Assembly: GCA_964016885.1 (NCBI GenBank)
Contig: OZ024742.1
Coordinates: forward strand, 24,552,001 to 24,616,000
Length of the DNA: 64,000 nt
Origin: Eledone cirrhosa
Taxonomy: Eukaryota
Direction: 5' to 3'
Position numbers and translations under genes: made by a program. The notes below the pieces were generated by a model, which was not told the origin of the DNA, ran no database searches, and saw only the letters and a program-made list of their open reading frames with translations. Shown here piece by piece: positions 25,401 to 38,900 of this stretch (its first letter is position 1; each line of letters begins with the position of its first letter).

Positions 25401-28400
25401 GACTGCTGTGGATTGTTGGCTGTTGCTGTAAGGCTGAAGGAAGGAGATGACTGCTGTGGATTGAGGCTTGTTGCTGTAAGGCTGAAGGTATGAGATGACT
25501 GCTGTGGACTCTGGCCTGTTGCTGTAAGGCTGAAGGTATGAGATAACTCTGTGGATTGTGGCCTGTTGCTGTGTGGCTGAAGGTATGAGATGACGGCTGT
25601 GGATTGTTGCATGTTGCTGTGTGGCTGAAGGTATGAGATGACTGCTATGGATTGTGGCCTGTTGCTTAGTGGCTCAAGGTATGAAATGACTGCTGTGTAT
25701 TGTGGCCTTTTGTTGTGAGGCTGAAAATATGAGATGACTGCTGTGGATTGTGGCTTGTTGTTGTGAGGCTGAAGGTATGAGATGACTGCTGTGGATTGTG
25801 GCCTGTTGCTGTAAGGCTGAAGGTATGAGATGACTGCTGTGGATTGTGGCTTGTTGTTGTGAGGCTGAAGGTATGAGATGACTGCTGTGGATTGTGGCTT
25901 GTTGTTGTGAGGTTGAATTTATGAGATGACTGCTGTGGATTGTGGCCTGTTGCTGTAAGGCTTAAGGTATGAGATGACTGCTGTGGATTGTGGCCTGCTG
26001 CTGTAAGGCTGAAGGTATGACATGACTGCTGTGGATTGTGGCCTGCTGCTGTAAGACTGAAGGTATGAGATGACCGCTGTGGATTGTGGCTTGTTGTTGT
26101 GAGGCTGAAGGTATGAGATGAATGCTGTGGATTGTGGCTTGTTGTTGTGAGGCTGAAGGTATGAGATGACTGCTGTGGATTGTGGCCTGTTGCTCTAAGA
26201 CTGAAGGTATGAGATCACTGCTGTGGATTGTGGCCTGTTGCTGTAAGGCTGAAGGTATGAGATGACTGCTGTGGACTGTGGCCTGTTGCTGTGAGGCTGA
26301 AACTATGAGATGACTGCTGAGGATTGTGGCCTGTTGCTGTAAGGCTGAAGGTAGGAGATGACTGCTGTGGATTGTGGCCTGTTGCTGTAAGACTGAAGCT
26401 ATGAGATGACTGCTGTGGATTGTGGCCTGTTGCTGTAAGATTGAAGCTATGAGATGACTGCTGTGGATTGTTGCCTCTTGCTGTAAGGCGGAAGCTATGA
26501 GATGAATGCTGTGGACTGTGGCCTGTTGCTGTGTGGCTGAAGGTATGAGCTAAGTGCTGTGGATTGTGGCCTGTTGCTGTAAGCCTGAAGATATGAGATG
26601 ACGGCTCTGGATTGTCGCTTGTTGCTGTAAGGCTGAAGGGATGAGATTACTTTGTGGATTGTGGCCTGTTGCTGTGTGGCTGAAGGTATGAGATGACTGC
26701 TGTGGATTGTGGCATGTTGCTGTGTGGCTGAAGGTATGAGATGACTGCTGTGGATTGTGGCCTGTTGCTTAGTGGCTCAAGGTATGAGATGACTGATGTG
26801 GATTGTGGCCTGTTGTTGTGAGGCTGAAAATATGAGATGACTGCTGTGGATTGTGGCTTGTTGTTGTGAGGCTGAAGGTATGAGATGACTGCTGTGGATT
26901 GTGGATTGTTGTTGTGAGGCTGAAGGTATGAGATGACTGCTGTGGATTGTGGCCTGCTGCTGTAAGGCTGAAGGTATGAGATGACTGCTGTGGATTGTGG
27001 CCTGCTGCTGTAAGGCTGAAGGTATGAGATGACTGCTGTGGATTGTGGCCTGCTGCTGTAAGGCTGAAGGTATGAGATGACTGCTGTGGATTGTGGCCGG
27101 CTGCTGTAAGGCTGAAGGTATGAGATGACTGCTGTGGATTGTGGCCTGTTGCTGTAAGGCTGAAGGTATGAGATGTCTGCTGTGGATAATGGCCTGCTGC
27201 TGTAAGGCTGAAGTATGAGATGACTGCTGTGGATTGTGGCCTGTTGTTGTGAGGCTGAAGGTATGAGATGACTGCTGTGGATTGTGGCTTGTTGTTGTGA
27301 GGCTGAAGGAATGAGATTACTGCTGTGGATTGTGGCTTGTTGTTGTGAGGCTGAAGGTATGAGATGACTGCTGTGTATTGTGGCTTGTTGTTGTGAGGTT
27401 GAAGGTTTGAGATGACTGCTGTGGATTGTGGCCTGCTGCTGTAAGGCTGAAGGTATGAGATGACTGCTGTGTATTGTGGCCTGTTGCTTGAAGGTAGGTG
27501 ATGACTGCTGTGGATTGTGGCCTGCTGCTGTAAGGCTGAAGGTATGAGATGACTGCTGTGGACTGTGGCCTACTGCTGTAAGGCTGAAGGTAGGAGATGT
27601 CTGCTGTGGATTGTGGCCGGTTGCTGTAAGGCTGAAGGTATGAGATGACTGCTGTGGACTGTGGCCTACTGCTGTAAGGCTGAAGGTATGAGATGACTGC
27701 TGTGGATTGTGGCCTGTTACTTGAAGGTAGGAGATGACTGCTGTGGATTGTGGCCTGTTGCTGTAAGGCTGAAGGTATGAGAAGACTGCTGTGGATTGTG
27801 GCCTGTTGCTGTAAGACTGAAGGTATGAGATGACTGCTGTGGATTGTAGCCTGCTGTTGTAAGGCTGAAGGTATGAGATAACTGCTGTGGATTGTGGCCT
27901 GCTGTTGTAAGGCTGAAGGTATGAGATCACTGCTGTGGATTGTGGCCTGTTGCTGGAAGGCTGAAGTTATAAGATGACTGCTGTGGACTGTGGCCTGTTG
28001 CTGTGAGGCTGAAACTATGAGATGAGTGCTGTGGATTGTGGCCTGTTGCTGTAAGGCTGAAGGAAGGAGATGACTGCTGTGGATTGAGGCTTGTTGCTGT
28101 AAGACTGAAGCTATGAGATGACTGCTGTGGATTGTGGCCTGTTGCTGTAAGGCTGAAGGTATGAGATGACTGCTGTGGATTGTGGCATGTTGCTGTGTGG
28201 CTGAAGGTATGAGATGACTGCTGTGGATTGTGGCCTGTTGCTTAGTGGCTCAAGGTATGAGATGACTGATGTGGATTGTGGCCTGTTGTTGCGAGGCTGA
28301 AAATATGAGATGACTGCTGTGGATTGTGGCTTGTTGTTGTGAGGCTGAAGGTATGAGATGACTGCTGTGGATTGTGGATTGTTGTTGTGAGGCTGAAGGT

Positions 28401-28671
28401 TTGAGATGACTGCTGTGGATTGTGGCCTGCTGCTGTAAGGCTGAAGGTATGAGATGACTGCTGTGGATTGTGGCCTGCTGCTGTAAGGCTGAATGTATGA
28501 GATGACTGCTGTGGATTGTGGCCTGCTGCTGTAAGGCTGAAGGTATGAGATCACTGCTGTGGATTGTGGCCCGTTGCTGTAAGGCTGAAGGTACGAGATG
28601 ATTCTGTGGATTGTGGCCTGTTGCTTAGTGGCTCAAGGTATGAGATGACTGCTGTGGATTGTGGCCTGTTG
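19483..28671. repeat. Tandem duplication of a 4624/4528-bp higher-order unit (2 copies; the first has two extra monomers near 21890-21985)
   Basis: ORF ends 20179/24803 (+4624). Marker 22119/26647 and the identical 147-aa ORFs at 23583/28111 (+4528). Confidence 0.88.
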
Positions 28672-28749
28672 TTGTGAGGCTGAAAATATGAGATGACTGC
28701 TGTGGATTGTGGCTTGTTGTTGTGAGGCTGAAGGTATGAGACGACTGCT

Positions 28750-31700
28750 GTGGATTGTGGCCTGTTGCTGTAAGGCTGAAGGTATGAGATGACTGCTGTG
28801 GATTGTGGCTTGTTGTTGTGAGGCTGAAGGTATGAGATGACTGCTGTGGATTGTGGCTTGTTGTTGTGAGGCTGAAGGTATGAGATGACTGCTGTGGATT
28901 GTGGCTTGTTGTGAGGTTGAAGGTATGAGATGACTGCTGTGGATTGTGGCCTGTTGCTGTAAGGCTGAAGGTATGAGATGACTGCTGTGGATTGTGGCCT
29001 GCTGCTGTAAGGCTGAAGGTATGAGATGACTGCTGTGGATTGTGGCCTGCTGCTGTAAGGCTGAAGGTATGAGATGACTGCTGTGGATTGTGGCTTGTTG
29101 TTGTGAGGCTAAAGGTATGAGATGACTGCTGTGGATTGTGGCCTGCTGCTGTAAGGCTGAAGGTATGAGATGACTGCTGTGGATTGTGGCCTGCTGCTGT
29201 AAGGCTGAAGGTATGAGATGACCGCTGTGGATTGTGGCTTGTTGTGAGGCTGAATGTATGAGATGACTGCCGTGGATTGTGGCTTGTTGTGAGGCTGAAG
29301 GTATGAGATGACTGCTGTGGATTGTGGCCTACTGCTGTAAGGCTGAAGGTAGGAGATGTCTGCTGTTGGATTGTGGCCGGTTGCTGTAAGGCTGAAGGTA
29401 TGAGATGACTGCTGTGGATTGTGGCCTGTTGCTGTAAGACTGAAGCTATGAGATGACTGCTGTGGATTGTAGCCTGTTGCTGTAAGTCTGAAGGTATGAG
29501 ATGACTGCTGTGGATTGTGGCCTGTTGCTGTAAGCCTGAAGGTATGAGATGACTGCTGTGGATTGTGGCATGTTGCTGTAAGGCTGAAGGTATGAGATGA
29601 CTGCTGTGGATTGTGGCCTGTTGCTGTAAGACTGAAGGTATGAGATGACTGCTGTGGATTGTAGCCTGCTGCTGTAAGGCTGAAGGTATGAGATAACTGC
29701 TGTGGATTGTGGCCTGTTGCTGTAAGGCTGAAGGTATGAGATGACTGCTGTGGATTGTGGCCTGTTGCTGTAAGACTGAAGCTATGAGATGACTGCTGTG
29801 GATTGTAGCCTGTTGCTGTAAGTCTGAAGCTATGAGATGACTGCTGTGGATTGTAGCCTGTTGCTGTAAGTCTGAAGGTATGAGATGACTGCTGTGGATT
29901 GTGGCATGTTGCTGTAAGGCTGAAGGTATGAGATGACTGCTGTGGATTGTGGCCTGTTGCTGTAAGACTGAAGGTATGAGATGACTGCTGTGGATTGTAG
30001 CCTGCTGCTGTAAGGCTGAAGGTATGAGATAACTGCTGTGGATTGTGGCCTGTTGCTGTAAGGCTGAAGGTATGAGATGACTGCTGTGGACTGTTGCCTG
30101 TTGCTGTGAGGCTGAAACTATGAGATGAGTGCTGTGGATTGTGGTCTGTTGCTGTAAGGCTGAAGGTAGGAGATGACTGCTGTGGATTGAGGCTTGTTGC
30201 TGTAAGACTGAAGCTATGAGATGACTGCTGTGGATTGTTGGCTGTTGCTGTAAGGCTGAAGGAAGGAGATGACTGCTGTGGATTGAGGCTTGTTGCTGTA
30301 AGGCTGAAGGTATGAGATGACTGCTGTGGACTCTGGCCTGTTGCTGTAAGGCTGAAGGTATGAGATGACTCTGTGGATTGTGGCCTGTTGCTGTGTGGCT
30401 GAAGGTATGAGATGACGGCTGTGGATTGTTGCATGTTGCTGTGTGGCTGAAGGTATGAGATGACTGCTATGGATTGTGGCCTGTTGCTTAGTGGCTCAAG
30501 GTATGAAATGACTGCTGTGTATTGTGGCCTTTTGTTGTGAGGCTGAAAATATGAGATGACTGCTGTGGATTGTGGCTTGTTGTTGTGAGGCTGAAGGTAT
30601 GAGATGACTGCTGTGGATTGTGGCCTGTTGCTGTAAGGCTGAAGGTATGAGATGACTGCTGTGGATTGTGGCTTGTTGTTGTGAGGCTGAAGGTATGAGA
30701 TGACTGCTGTGGATTGTGGCTTGTTGTTGTGAGGCTGAAGGTATGAGATGACTGCTGTGGATTGTGGCTTGTTGTGAGGTTGAAGGTATGAGATGACTGC
30801 TGTGGATTGTGGCCTGTTGCTGTAAGGCTGAAGGTATGAGATGACTGCTGTGGATTGTGGCCTGCTGCTGTAAGGCTGAAGGTATGAGATGACTGCTGTG
30901 GATTGTGGCCTGCTGCTGTAAGGCTGAAGGTATGAGATGACTGCTGTGGATTGTGGCTTGTTGTTGTGAGGCTAAAGGTATGAGATGACTGCTGTGGATT
31001 GTGGCCTGCTGCTGTAAGGCTGAAGGTATGAGATGACTGCTGTGGATTGTGGCCTGCTGCTGTAAGGCTGAAGGTATGAGATGACCGCTGTGGATTGTGG
31101 CTTGTTGTGAGGCTGAATGTATGAGATGACTGCCGTGGATTGTGGCTTGTTGTGAGGCTGAAGGTATGAGATGACTGCTGTGGATTGTGGCCTACTGCTG
31201 TAAGGCTGAAGGTAGGAGATGTCTGCTGTTGGATTGTGGCCGGTTGCTGTAAGGCTGAAGGTATGAGATGACTGCTGTGGATTGTGGCCTGTTGCTGTAA
31301 GACTGAAGCTATGAGATGACTGCTGTGGATTGTAGCCTGTTGCTGTAAGTCTGAAGGTATGAGATGACTGCTGTGGATTGTGGCCTGTTGCTGTAAGCCT
31401 GAAGGTATGAGATGACTGCTGTGGATTGTGGCATGTTGCTGTAAGGCTGAAGGTATGAGATGACTGCTGTGGATTGTGGCCTGTTGCTGTAAGACTGAAG
31501 GTATGAGATGACTGCTGTGGATTGTAGCCTGCTGCTGTAAGGCTGAAGGTATGAGATAACTGCTGTGGATTGTGGCCTGTTGCTGTAAGGCTGAAGGTAT
31601 GAGATGACTGCTGTGGATTGTGGCCTGTTGCTGTAAGACTGAAGCTATGAGATGACTGCTGTGGATTGTAGCCTGTTGCTGTAAGTCTGAAGCTATGAGA

Positions 31701-32480
31701 TGACTGCTGTGGATTGTAGCCTGTTGCTGTAAGTCTGAAGGTATGAGATGACTGCTGTGGATTGTGGCATGTTGCTGTAAGGCTGAAGGTATGAGATGAC
31801 TGCTGTGGATTGTGGCCTGTTGCTGTAAGACTGAAGGTATGAGATGACTGCTGTGGATTGTAGCCTGCTGCTGTAAGGCTGAAGGTATGAGATAACTGCT
31901 GTGGATTGTGGCCTGTTGCTGTAAGGCTGAAGGTATGAGATGACTGCTGTGGACTGTTGCCTGTTGCTGTGAGGCTGAAACTATGAGATGAGTGCTGTGG
32001 ATTGTGGTCTGTTGCTGTAAGGCTGAAGGTAGGAGATGACTGCTGTGGATTGAGGCTTGTTGCTGTAAGACTGAAGCTATGAGATGACTGCTGTGGACTC
32101 TGGCATGTTGCTGTAAGGCTGAAGGTATGAGATGACTCTGTGGATTGTGGCCTGTTGCTGTGTGGCTGAAGGTATGAGATGACGGCTGTGGATTGTTGCA
32201 TGTTGCTGTGTGGCTGAAGGTATGAGATGACTGCTATGGATTGTGGCCTGTTGCTTAGTGGCTCAAGGTATGAAATGACTGCTGTGTATTGTGGCCTTTT
32301 GTTGTGAGGCTGAAAATATGAGATGACTGCTGTGGATTGTGGCTTGTTGTTGTGAGGCTGAAGGTATGAGATGACTGCTGTGGATTGTGGCCTGTTGCTG
32401 TAAGGCTGAAGGTATGAGATGACTGCTGTGGATTGTGGCTTGTTGTTGTGAGGCTGAAGGTATGAGATGACTGCTGTGGA
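28750..32480. repeat. Tandem duplication of a 1863-bp unit (the second copy lacks two monomers near 32090)
   Basis: CTAAAG-terminated ORFs at 29109/30972 (+1863). GTTGCAT marker ends at 30434/32201 (+1863-96). Boundaries are approximate. Confidence 0.8.
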
Positions 32481-32699
32481 TTGTGGCTTGTTGTTGTGAG
32501 GTTGAAGGTATGAGATGACTGCTGTGGATTGTGGCCTGTTGCTGTAAGGCTGAAGGTATGAGATGACTGCTGTGGATTGTGGCCTGCTGCTGTAAGGCTG
32601 AAGGTATGACATGACTGCTGTGGATTGTGGCCTGCTGCTGTAAGACTGAAGGTATGAGATGACCGCTGTGGATTGTGGCTTGTTGTTGTGAGGCTGAAG

Positions 32700-35600
32700 G
32701 TATGAGATGACTGCTGTGGATTGTGGCCTGTTGCTCTAAGACTGAAGGTATGAGATCACTGCTGTGGATTGTGGCCTGTTGCTGTAAGGCTGAAGGTATG
32801 AGATGACTGCTGTGGACTGTGGCCTGTTGCTGTGAGGCTGAAACTATGAGATGACTGCTGTGGATTGTGGCCTGTTGCTGTAAGGCTGAAGGTAGGAGAT
32901 GACTGCTGTGGATTGTGGCCTGTTGCTGTAAGACTGAAGCTATGAGATGACTGCTGTGGATTGTGGCCTGTTGCTGTAAGATTGAAGCTATGAGATGACT
33001 GCTGTGGATTGTTGCCTCTTGCTGTAAGGCGGAAGCTATGAGATGAATGCTGTGGACTGTGGCCTGCTGCTGTGTGGCTGAAGGTATGAGCTAAGTGCTG
33101 TGGATTGTGGCCTGTTGCTGTAAGCCTGAAGATATGAGATGACGGCTCTGGATTGTCGCTTGTTGCTGTAAGGCTGAAGGGATGAGATTACTTTGTGGAT
33201 TGTGGCCTGTTGCTGTGTGGCTGAAGGTATGAGATGACTGCTGTGGATTGTGGCATGTTGCTGTGTGGCTGAAGGTATGAGATGACTGCTGTGGATTGTG
33301 GCCTGTTGCTTAGTGGCTGAAGGTATGAGATGACTGATGTGGATTGTGGCCTGTTGTTGTGAGGCTGAAAATATGAGATGACTGCTGTGGATTGTGGCTT
33401 GTTGTTGTGAGGCTGAAGGTATGAGATGACTGCTGTGGATTGTGGATTGTTGTTGTGAGGCTGAAGGTATGAGATGACTGCTGTGGATTGTGGCCTGCTG
33501 CTGTAAGGCTGAAGGTATGAGATGACTGCTGTGGATTGTGGCCTGCTGCTGTAAGGCTGAAGGTATGAGATGACTGCTGTGGATTGTGGCCTGCTGCTGT
33601 AAGGCTGAAGGTATGAGATGACTGCTGTGGATTGTGGCCGGCTGCTGTAAGGCTGAAGGTATGAGATGACTGCTGTGGATTGTGGCCTGTTGCTGTAAGG
33701 CTGAAGGTATGAGATGTCTGCTGTGGATAATGGCCTGCTGCTGTAAGGCTGAAGTATGAGATGACTGCTGTGGATTGTGGCCTGTTGTTGTGAGGCTGAA
33801 GGTATGAGATGACTGCTGTGGATTGTGGCTTGTTGTTGTGAGGCTGAAGGAATGAGATTACTGCTGTGGATTGTGGCTTGTTGTTGTGAGGCTGAAGGTA
33901 TGAGATGACTGCTGTGTATTGTGGCTTGTTGTTGTGAGGTTGAAGGTTTGAGATGACTGCTGTGGATTGTGGCCTGCTGCTGTAAGGCTGAAGGTATGAG
34001 ATGACTGCTGTGTATTGTGGCCTGTTGCTTGAAGGTAGGTGATGACTGCTGTGGATTGTGGCCTGCTGCTGTAAGGCTGAAGGTATGAGATGACTGCTGT
34101 GGACTGTGGCCTACTGCTGTAAGGCTGAAGGTAGGAGATGTCTGCTGTGGATTGTGGCCGGTTGCTGTAAGGCTGAAGGTATGAGATGACTGCTGTGGAC
34201 TGTGGCCTACTGCTGTAAGGCTGAAGGTATGAGATGACTGCTGTGGATTGTGGCCTGTTACTTGAAGGTAGGAGATGACTGCTGTGGATTGTGGCCTGTT
34301 GCTGTAAGGCTGAAGGTATGAGAAGACTGCTGTGGATTGTGGCCTGTTGCTGTAAGACTGAAGGTATGAGATGACTGCTGTGGATTGTAGCCTGCTGTTG
34401 TAAGGCTGAAGGTATGAGATAACTGCTGTGGATTGTGGCCTGCTGTTGTAAGGCTGAAGGTATGAGATCACTGCTGTGGATTGTGGCCTGTTGCTGGAAG
34501 GCTGAAGGTATAAGATGACTGCTGTGGACTGTGGCCTGTTGCTGTGAGGCTGAAACTATGAGATGAGTGCTGTGGATTGTGGCCTGTTGCTGTAAGGCTG
34601 AAGGAAGGAGATGACTGCTGTGGATTGAGGCTTGTTGCTGTAAGACTGAAGCTATGAGATGACTGCTGTGGATTGTGGCCTGTTGCTGTAAGGCTGAAGT
34701 TATGAGATGACTGCTGTGGATTGTGGCATGTTGCTGTGTGGCTGAAGGTATGAGATGACTGCTGTGGATTGTGGCCTGTTGCTTAGTGGCTCAAGGTATG
34801 AGATGACTGATGTGGATTGTGGCCTGTTGTTGCGAGGCTGAAAATATGAGATGACTGCTGTGGATTGTGGCTTGTTGCTGGAAGGCTGAAGGTATGAGAT
34901 GACTGCTGTGGATTGTGGATTGTTGTTGTGAGGCTGAAGGTTTGAGATGACTGCTGTGGATTGTGGCCTGCTGCTGTAAGGCTGAAGGTATGAGATGACT
35001 GCTGTGGATTGTGGCCTGCTGCTGTAAGGCTGAATGTATGAGATGACTGCTGTGGATTGTGGCCTGCTGCTGTAAGGCTGAAGGTATGAGATCACTGCTG
35101 TGGATTGTGGCCCGTTGCTGTAAGGCTGAAGGTACGAGATGATTCTGTGGATTGTGGCCTGTTGCTTAGTGGCTCAAGGTATGAGATGACTGCTGTGGAT
35201 TGTGGCCTGTTGTTGTGAGGCTGAAAATATGAGATGACTGCTGTGGATTGTGGCTTGTTGTTGTGAGGCTGAAGGTATGAGACGACTGCTGTGGATTGTG
35301 GACTGTTGCTGTAAGGCTGAAGGTATGAGATGACTGCTGTGGATTGTGGCTTGTTGTTGTGAGGCTGAAGGTATGAGATGACTGCTGTGGATTGTGGCTT
35401 GTTGTTGTGAGGCTGAAGGTATGAGATGACTGCTGTGGATTGTGGCTTGTTGTGAGGTTGAAGGTATGAGATGACTGCTGTGGATTGTGGCCTGCTGCAG
35501 TAAGGCTGAAGGTATGAGATGACTGCTGTGGATTGTGGCCTGCTGCTGTAAGGCTGAAGGTATGAGATGACTGCTGTGGATTGTGGCTTGTTGTTGTGAG

Positions 35601-35900
35601 GCTAAAGGTATGAGATGACTGCTGTGGATTGTGGCCTGCTGCTGTAAGGCTGAAGGTATGAGATGACTGCTGTGGATTGTGGCCTGCTGCTGTAAGGCTG
35701 AAGGTATGAGATGACCGCTGTGGATTGTGGCTTGTTGTGAGGCTGAATGTATGAGATGACTGCCGTGGATTGTGGCTTGTTGTGAGGCTGAAGGTATGAG
35801 ATGACTGCTGTGGATTGTGGCCTACTGCTGTAAGGCTGAAGGTAGGAGATGTCTGCTGTTGGATTGTGGCCGGTTGCTGTAAGGCTGAAGGTATGAGATG
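32700..35900. repeat. Dispersed copy of about 26160-29400 (offset about 6541)
   Basis: Near-identical 427-aa ORFs at 26647/33188 and ORF starts at 28554/35095, both +6541. Confidence 0.8.
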
Positions 35901-38900
35901 ACTGCTGTGGATTGTGGCCTGTTGCTGTAAGGCTGAAGGTATGAGATGACTGCTGTGGATTGTGGCCTGTTGCTGTAAGACTGAAGCTATGAGATGACTG
36001 CTGTGGATTGTAGCCTGTTGCTGTAAGTCTGAAGGTATGAGATGACTGCTGTGGATTGTGGCCTGTTGCTGTAAGCCTGAAGGTATGAGATGACTGCTGT
36101 GGATTGTGGCCTGTTGCTGTAAGACTGAAGGTATGAGATGACTGCTGTGGATTGTAGCCTGCTGTTGTAAGGCTGAAGGTATGAGATAACTGCTGTGGAT
36201 TGTGGCCTGCTGTTGTAAGGCTGAAGGTATGAGATCACTACTGTGGATTGTGGCCTGTTGCTGGAAGGCTGAAGGTATAAGATGACTGCTGTGGACTGTG
36301 GCCTGTTGCTGTGAGGCTGAAACTATGAGATGAGTGCTGTGGATTGTGGCCTGTTGCTGTAAGGCTGAAGGAAGGAGATGACTGCTGTGGATTGAGGCTT
36401 GTTGCTGTAAGACTGAAGCTATGAGATGACTGCTGTGGATTGTGGCCTGTTGCTGTAAGACTGAAGCTATGAGATGACTGCTGTGGATTGTTGCCTGTTG
36501 CTGTAAGGCTGAAGGTATGAGATGACTGCTGTGGATTGTGGCATGTTGCTGTGTGGCTGAAGGTATGAGATGACTGCTGTGGATTGTGGCCTGTTGCTTA
36601 GTGGCTCAAGGTATGAGATGACTGATGTGGATTGTGGCCTGTTGTTGTGAGGCTGAAAATATGAGATGACTGCTGTGGATTGTGGCTTGTTGTTGTGAGG
36701 CTGACGGTATGAGATGACTGCTGTGGATTGTGGATTGTTGTTGTAAGGCTGAAGGTATGAGATGACTGCTGTGGATTGTGGCCTGCTGCTGTAAGGCTGA
36801 AGGTATGAGATGACTGCTGTGGATTGTGGCCTGCTGCTGTAAGGCTGAATGTATGAGATGACTGCTGTGGATTGTGGCCTGCTGCTGTAAAGCTGAAGGT
36901 ATGAGATCACTGCTGTGGATTGTGGCCTGTTGCTGTAAGGCTGAAGGTATCAGATGATTCTGTGGATTGTGGCCTGTTGCTTAGTGGCTCAAGGTATGAG
37001 ATGACTGCTGTGGATTGTGGCCTGTTGTTGTGAGGCTGAAGGTATGAGATGACTGCTGTGGATTGTGGCCTGTTGCTGTAAGTCTGAAGGTATGAGATGA
37101 CTGCTGTGGATTGTGGCTTGTTGTTGTGAGGCTGAAGGTATGAGATGACTGCTGTGGATTGTGGCTTGTTGTTGTGAGGCTGAAGGTATGACATGACTGC
37201 TGTGGATTGTGGCTTGTTGTTGTGAGGTTGAAGGTATGAGATGACTGCTGTGGATTGTGGCCTGTTGCTGTAAGGCTGAAGGTATGAGATGACTGCTGTG
37301 GATTGTGGCCTGCTGCTGTAAGGATGAATGTATGAGATGACTGCTGTGGATTGTGGCCTGCTGCTGTAAGCTGAAGGTATGAGATGACTGCTGTGGATTG
37401 TGGCTTGTTGTTGTGAGGCTAAAGGTATGAGATGACTGCTGTGGATTGTGGCCTGCTGCTGTAAGGCTGAAGGTATGAGATGACTGCTGTGGATTGTGGC
37501 CTGCTGCTGTAAGGCTGAAGGTATGAGATGACCGCTGTGGATTGTGGCTTGTTGTTGTGAGGCTGAAGGTATGAGATGACTGCTGTGGATTGTGGCCTGT
37601 TGCTGTAAGACTGAAGGTATGAGATGACTGCTGTGGATTGTGGCATGTTGCTGTGTGGCTGAAGGTATGAGATGGCTGCTGTGGATTGTGGCCTGTTGCT
37701 GAGTGACTGAAGGTATGAGATGACTACTGTGGATTGTGGCCTGGTGCTGAGTGGCTGAAGGTATGAGATTACTGCTGTGGATTGTGGCCTGTTGCTGAGT
37801 GACTGAAGGTATGAGATGACTGCCCTGGAGTGTGGCCTGTTGCTGTAAGACTGAAGGTATGAGATGACTGCTGTGGATTGTGGCCTGTTGCTGTGTGGCT
37901 GAAGGTATGAGATCATTGCTGTGGATTGTGGCCTGTTGCTGTAAGGGTGAAGGTATGATATGACTACTGTGGATTGTGGCCTGTTGCTGTGTGGCTGAAG
38001 GCATGAGACAACTGCTGTGGATTGTGGCCTGTTGCTGTGTGGCTGAAGGTATGAGATGACTGCCGTGGATTGTGGCCTGTTGCTGTGTGGCTGAAGGTAT
38101 GAACTGACTGCTGTGGATTGTGGCCTGTTGTTGTGAGGCTGAAGGTATGAGATGACTGCTGTGGATTGTGGCCTGTTGCTGTAAGGCTGAAGGTATGTGA
38201 TGACTGTTGTGGATTGTGGCCTGCTGCTGTAAGGCTGAAGGTATGAGATGACTGCTGTGGATTGTGGCTTGTTGTTGTGAGGCTGAAGGTATGAGATGAC
38301 TGCTGGGGATTGTGGCTTGTTGTCGTGAGGCTGAAGGTATGAGATGACTGCTGTGGATTGTGGCCTGTTGCTGTAAGGCTGAAGGTATGAGATGACTGCT
38401 GTGGATTGTGGCCTGTTGCTAAGTGAATGAAGGTATGAGATGACTGCTGTGGATTGTGGCCTGTTGCTGAGTGGCTGAAGGTATGAGATGACTGCTGTGG
38501 ATTGTGGCCTGCTGCTGTAAGGCTGAAGGTATGAGATGACTGCTGTGGATTGTCGCTTGTTGTTGTGAGGCTGAAGGCATGAGACAACTGCTGTGGATTG
38601 TGGCCTGTTGCTGTGTGGCTGAAGGTATGAGATGACTGCTGTGGATTGTGGCCTGTTGCTGTAAGGGTGAAGGTATGATATGACTACTGTGGATTGTGGC
38701 CTGTTGCTGTGTGGCTGAAGGTATGAGATGACTGCTGTGGATTGTGGCCTGTTGCTGTAAGGGTGAAGGTATGAGATGACTGCTGTGGATTGTGGCCTGT
38801 TGCTGTAAGGCTGAAGGTATGAGATGACTGCTGTGGATTGTGGCTTGTTGTTGTGAGGCTGAAGGTATGAGATGACTGCTGTGGATTGTGGCCTGTTGCT

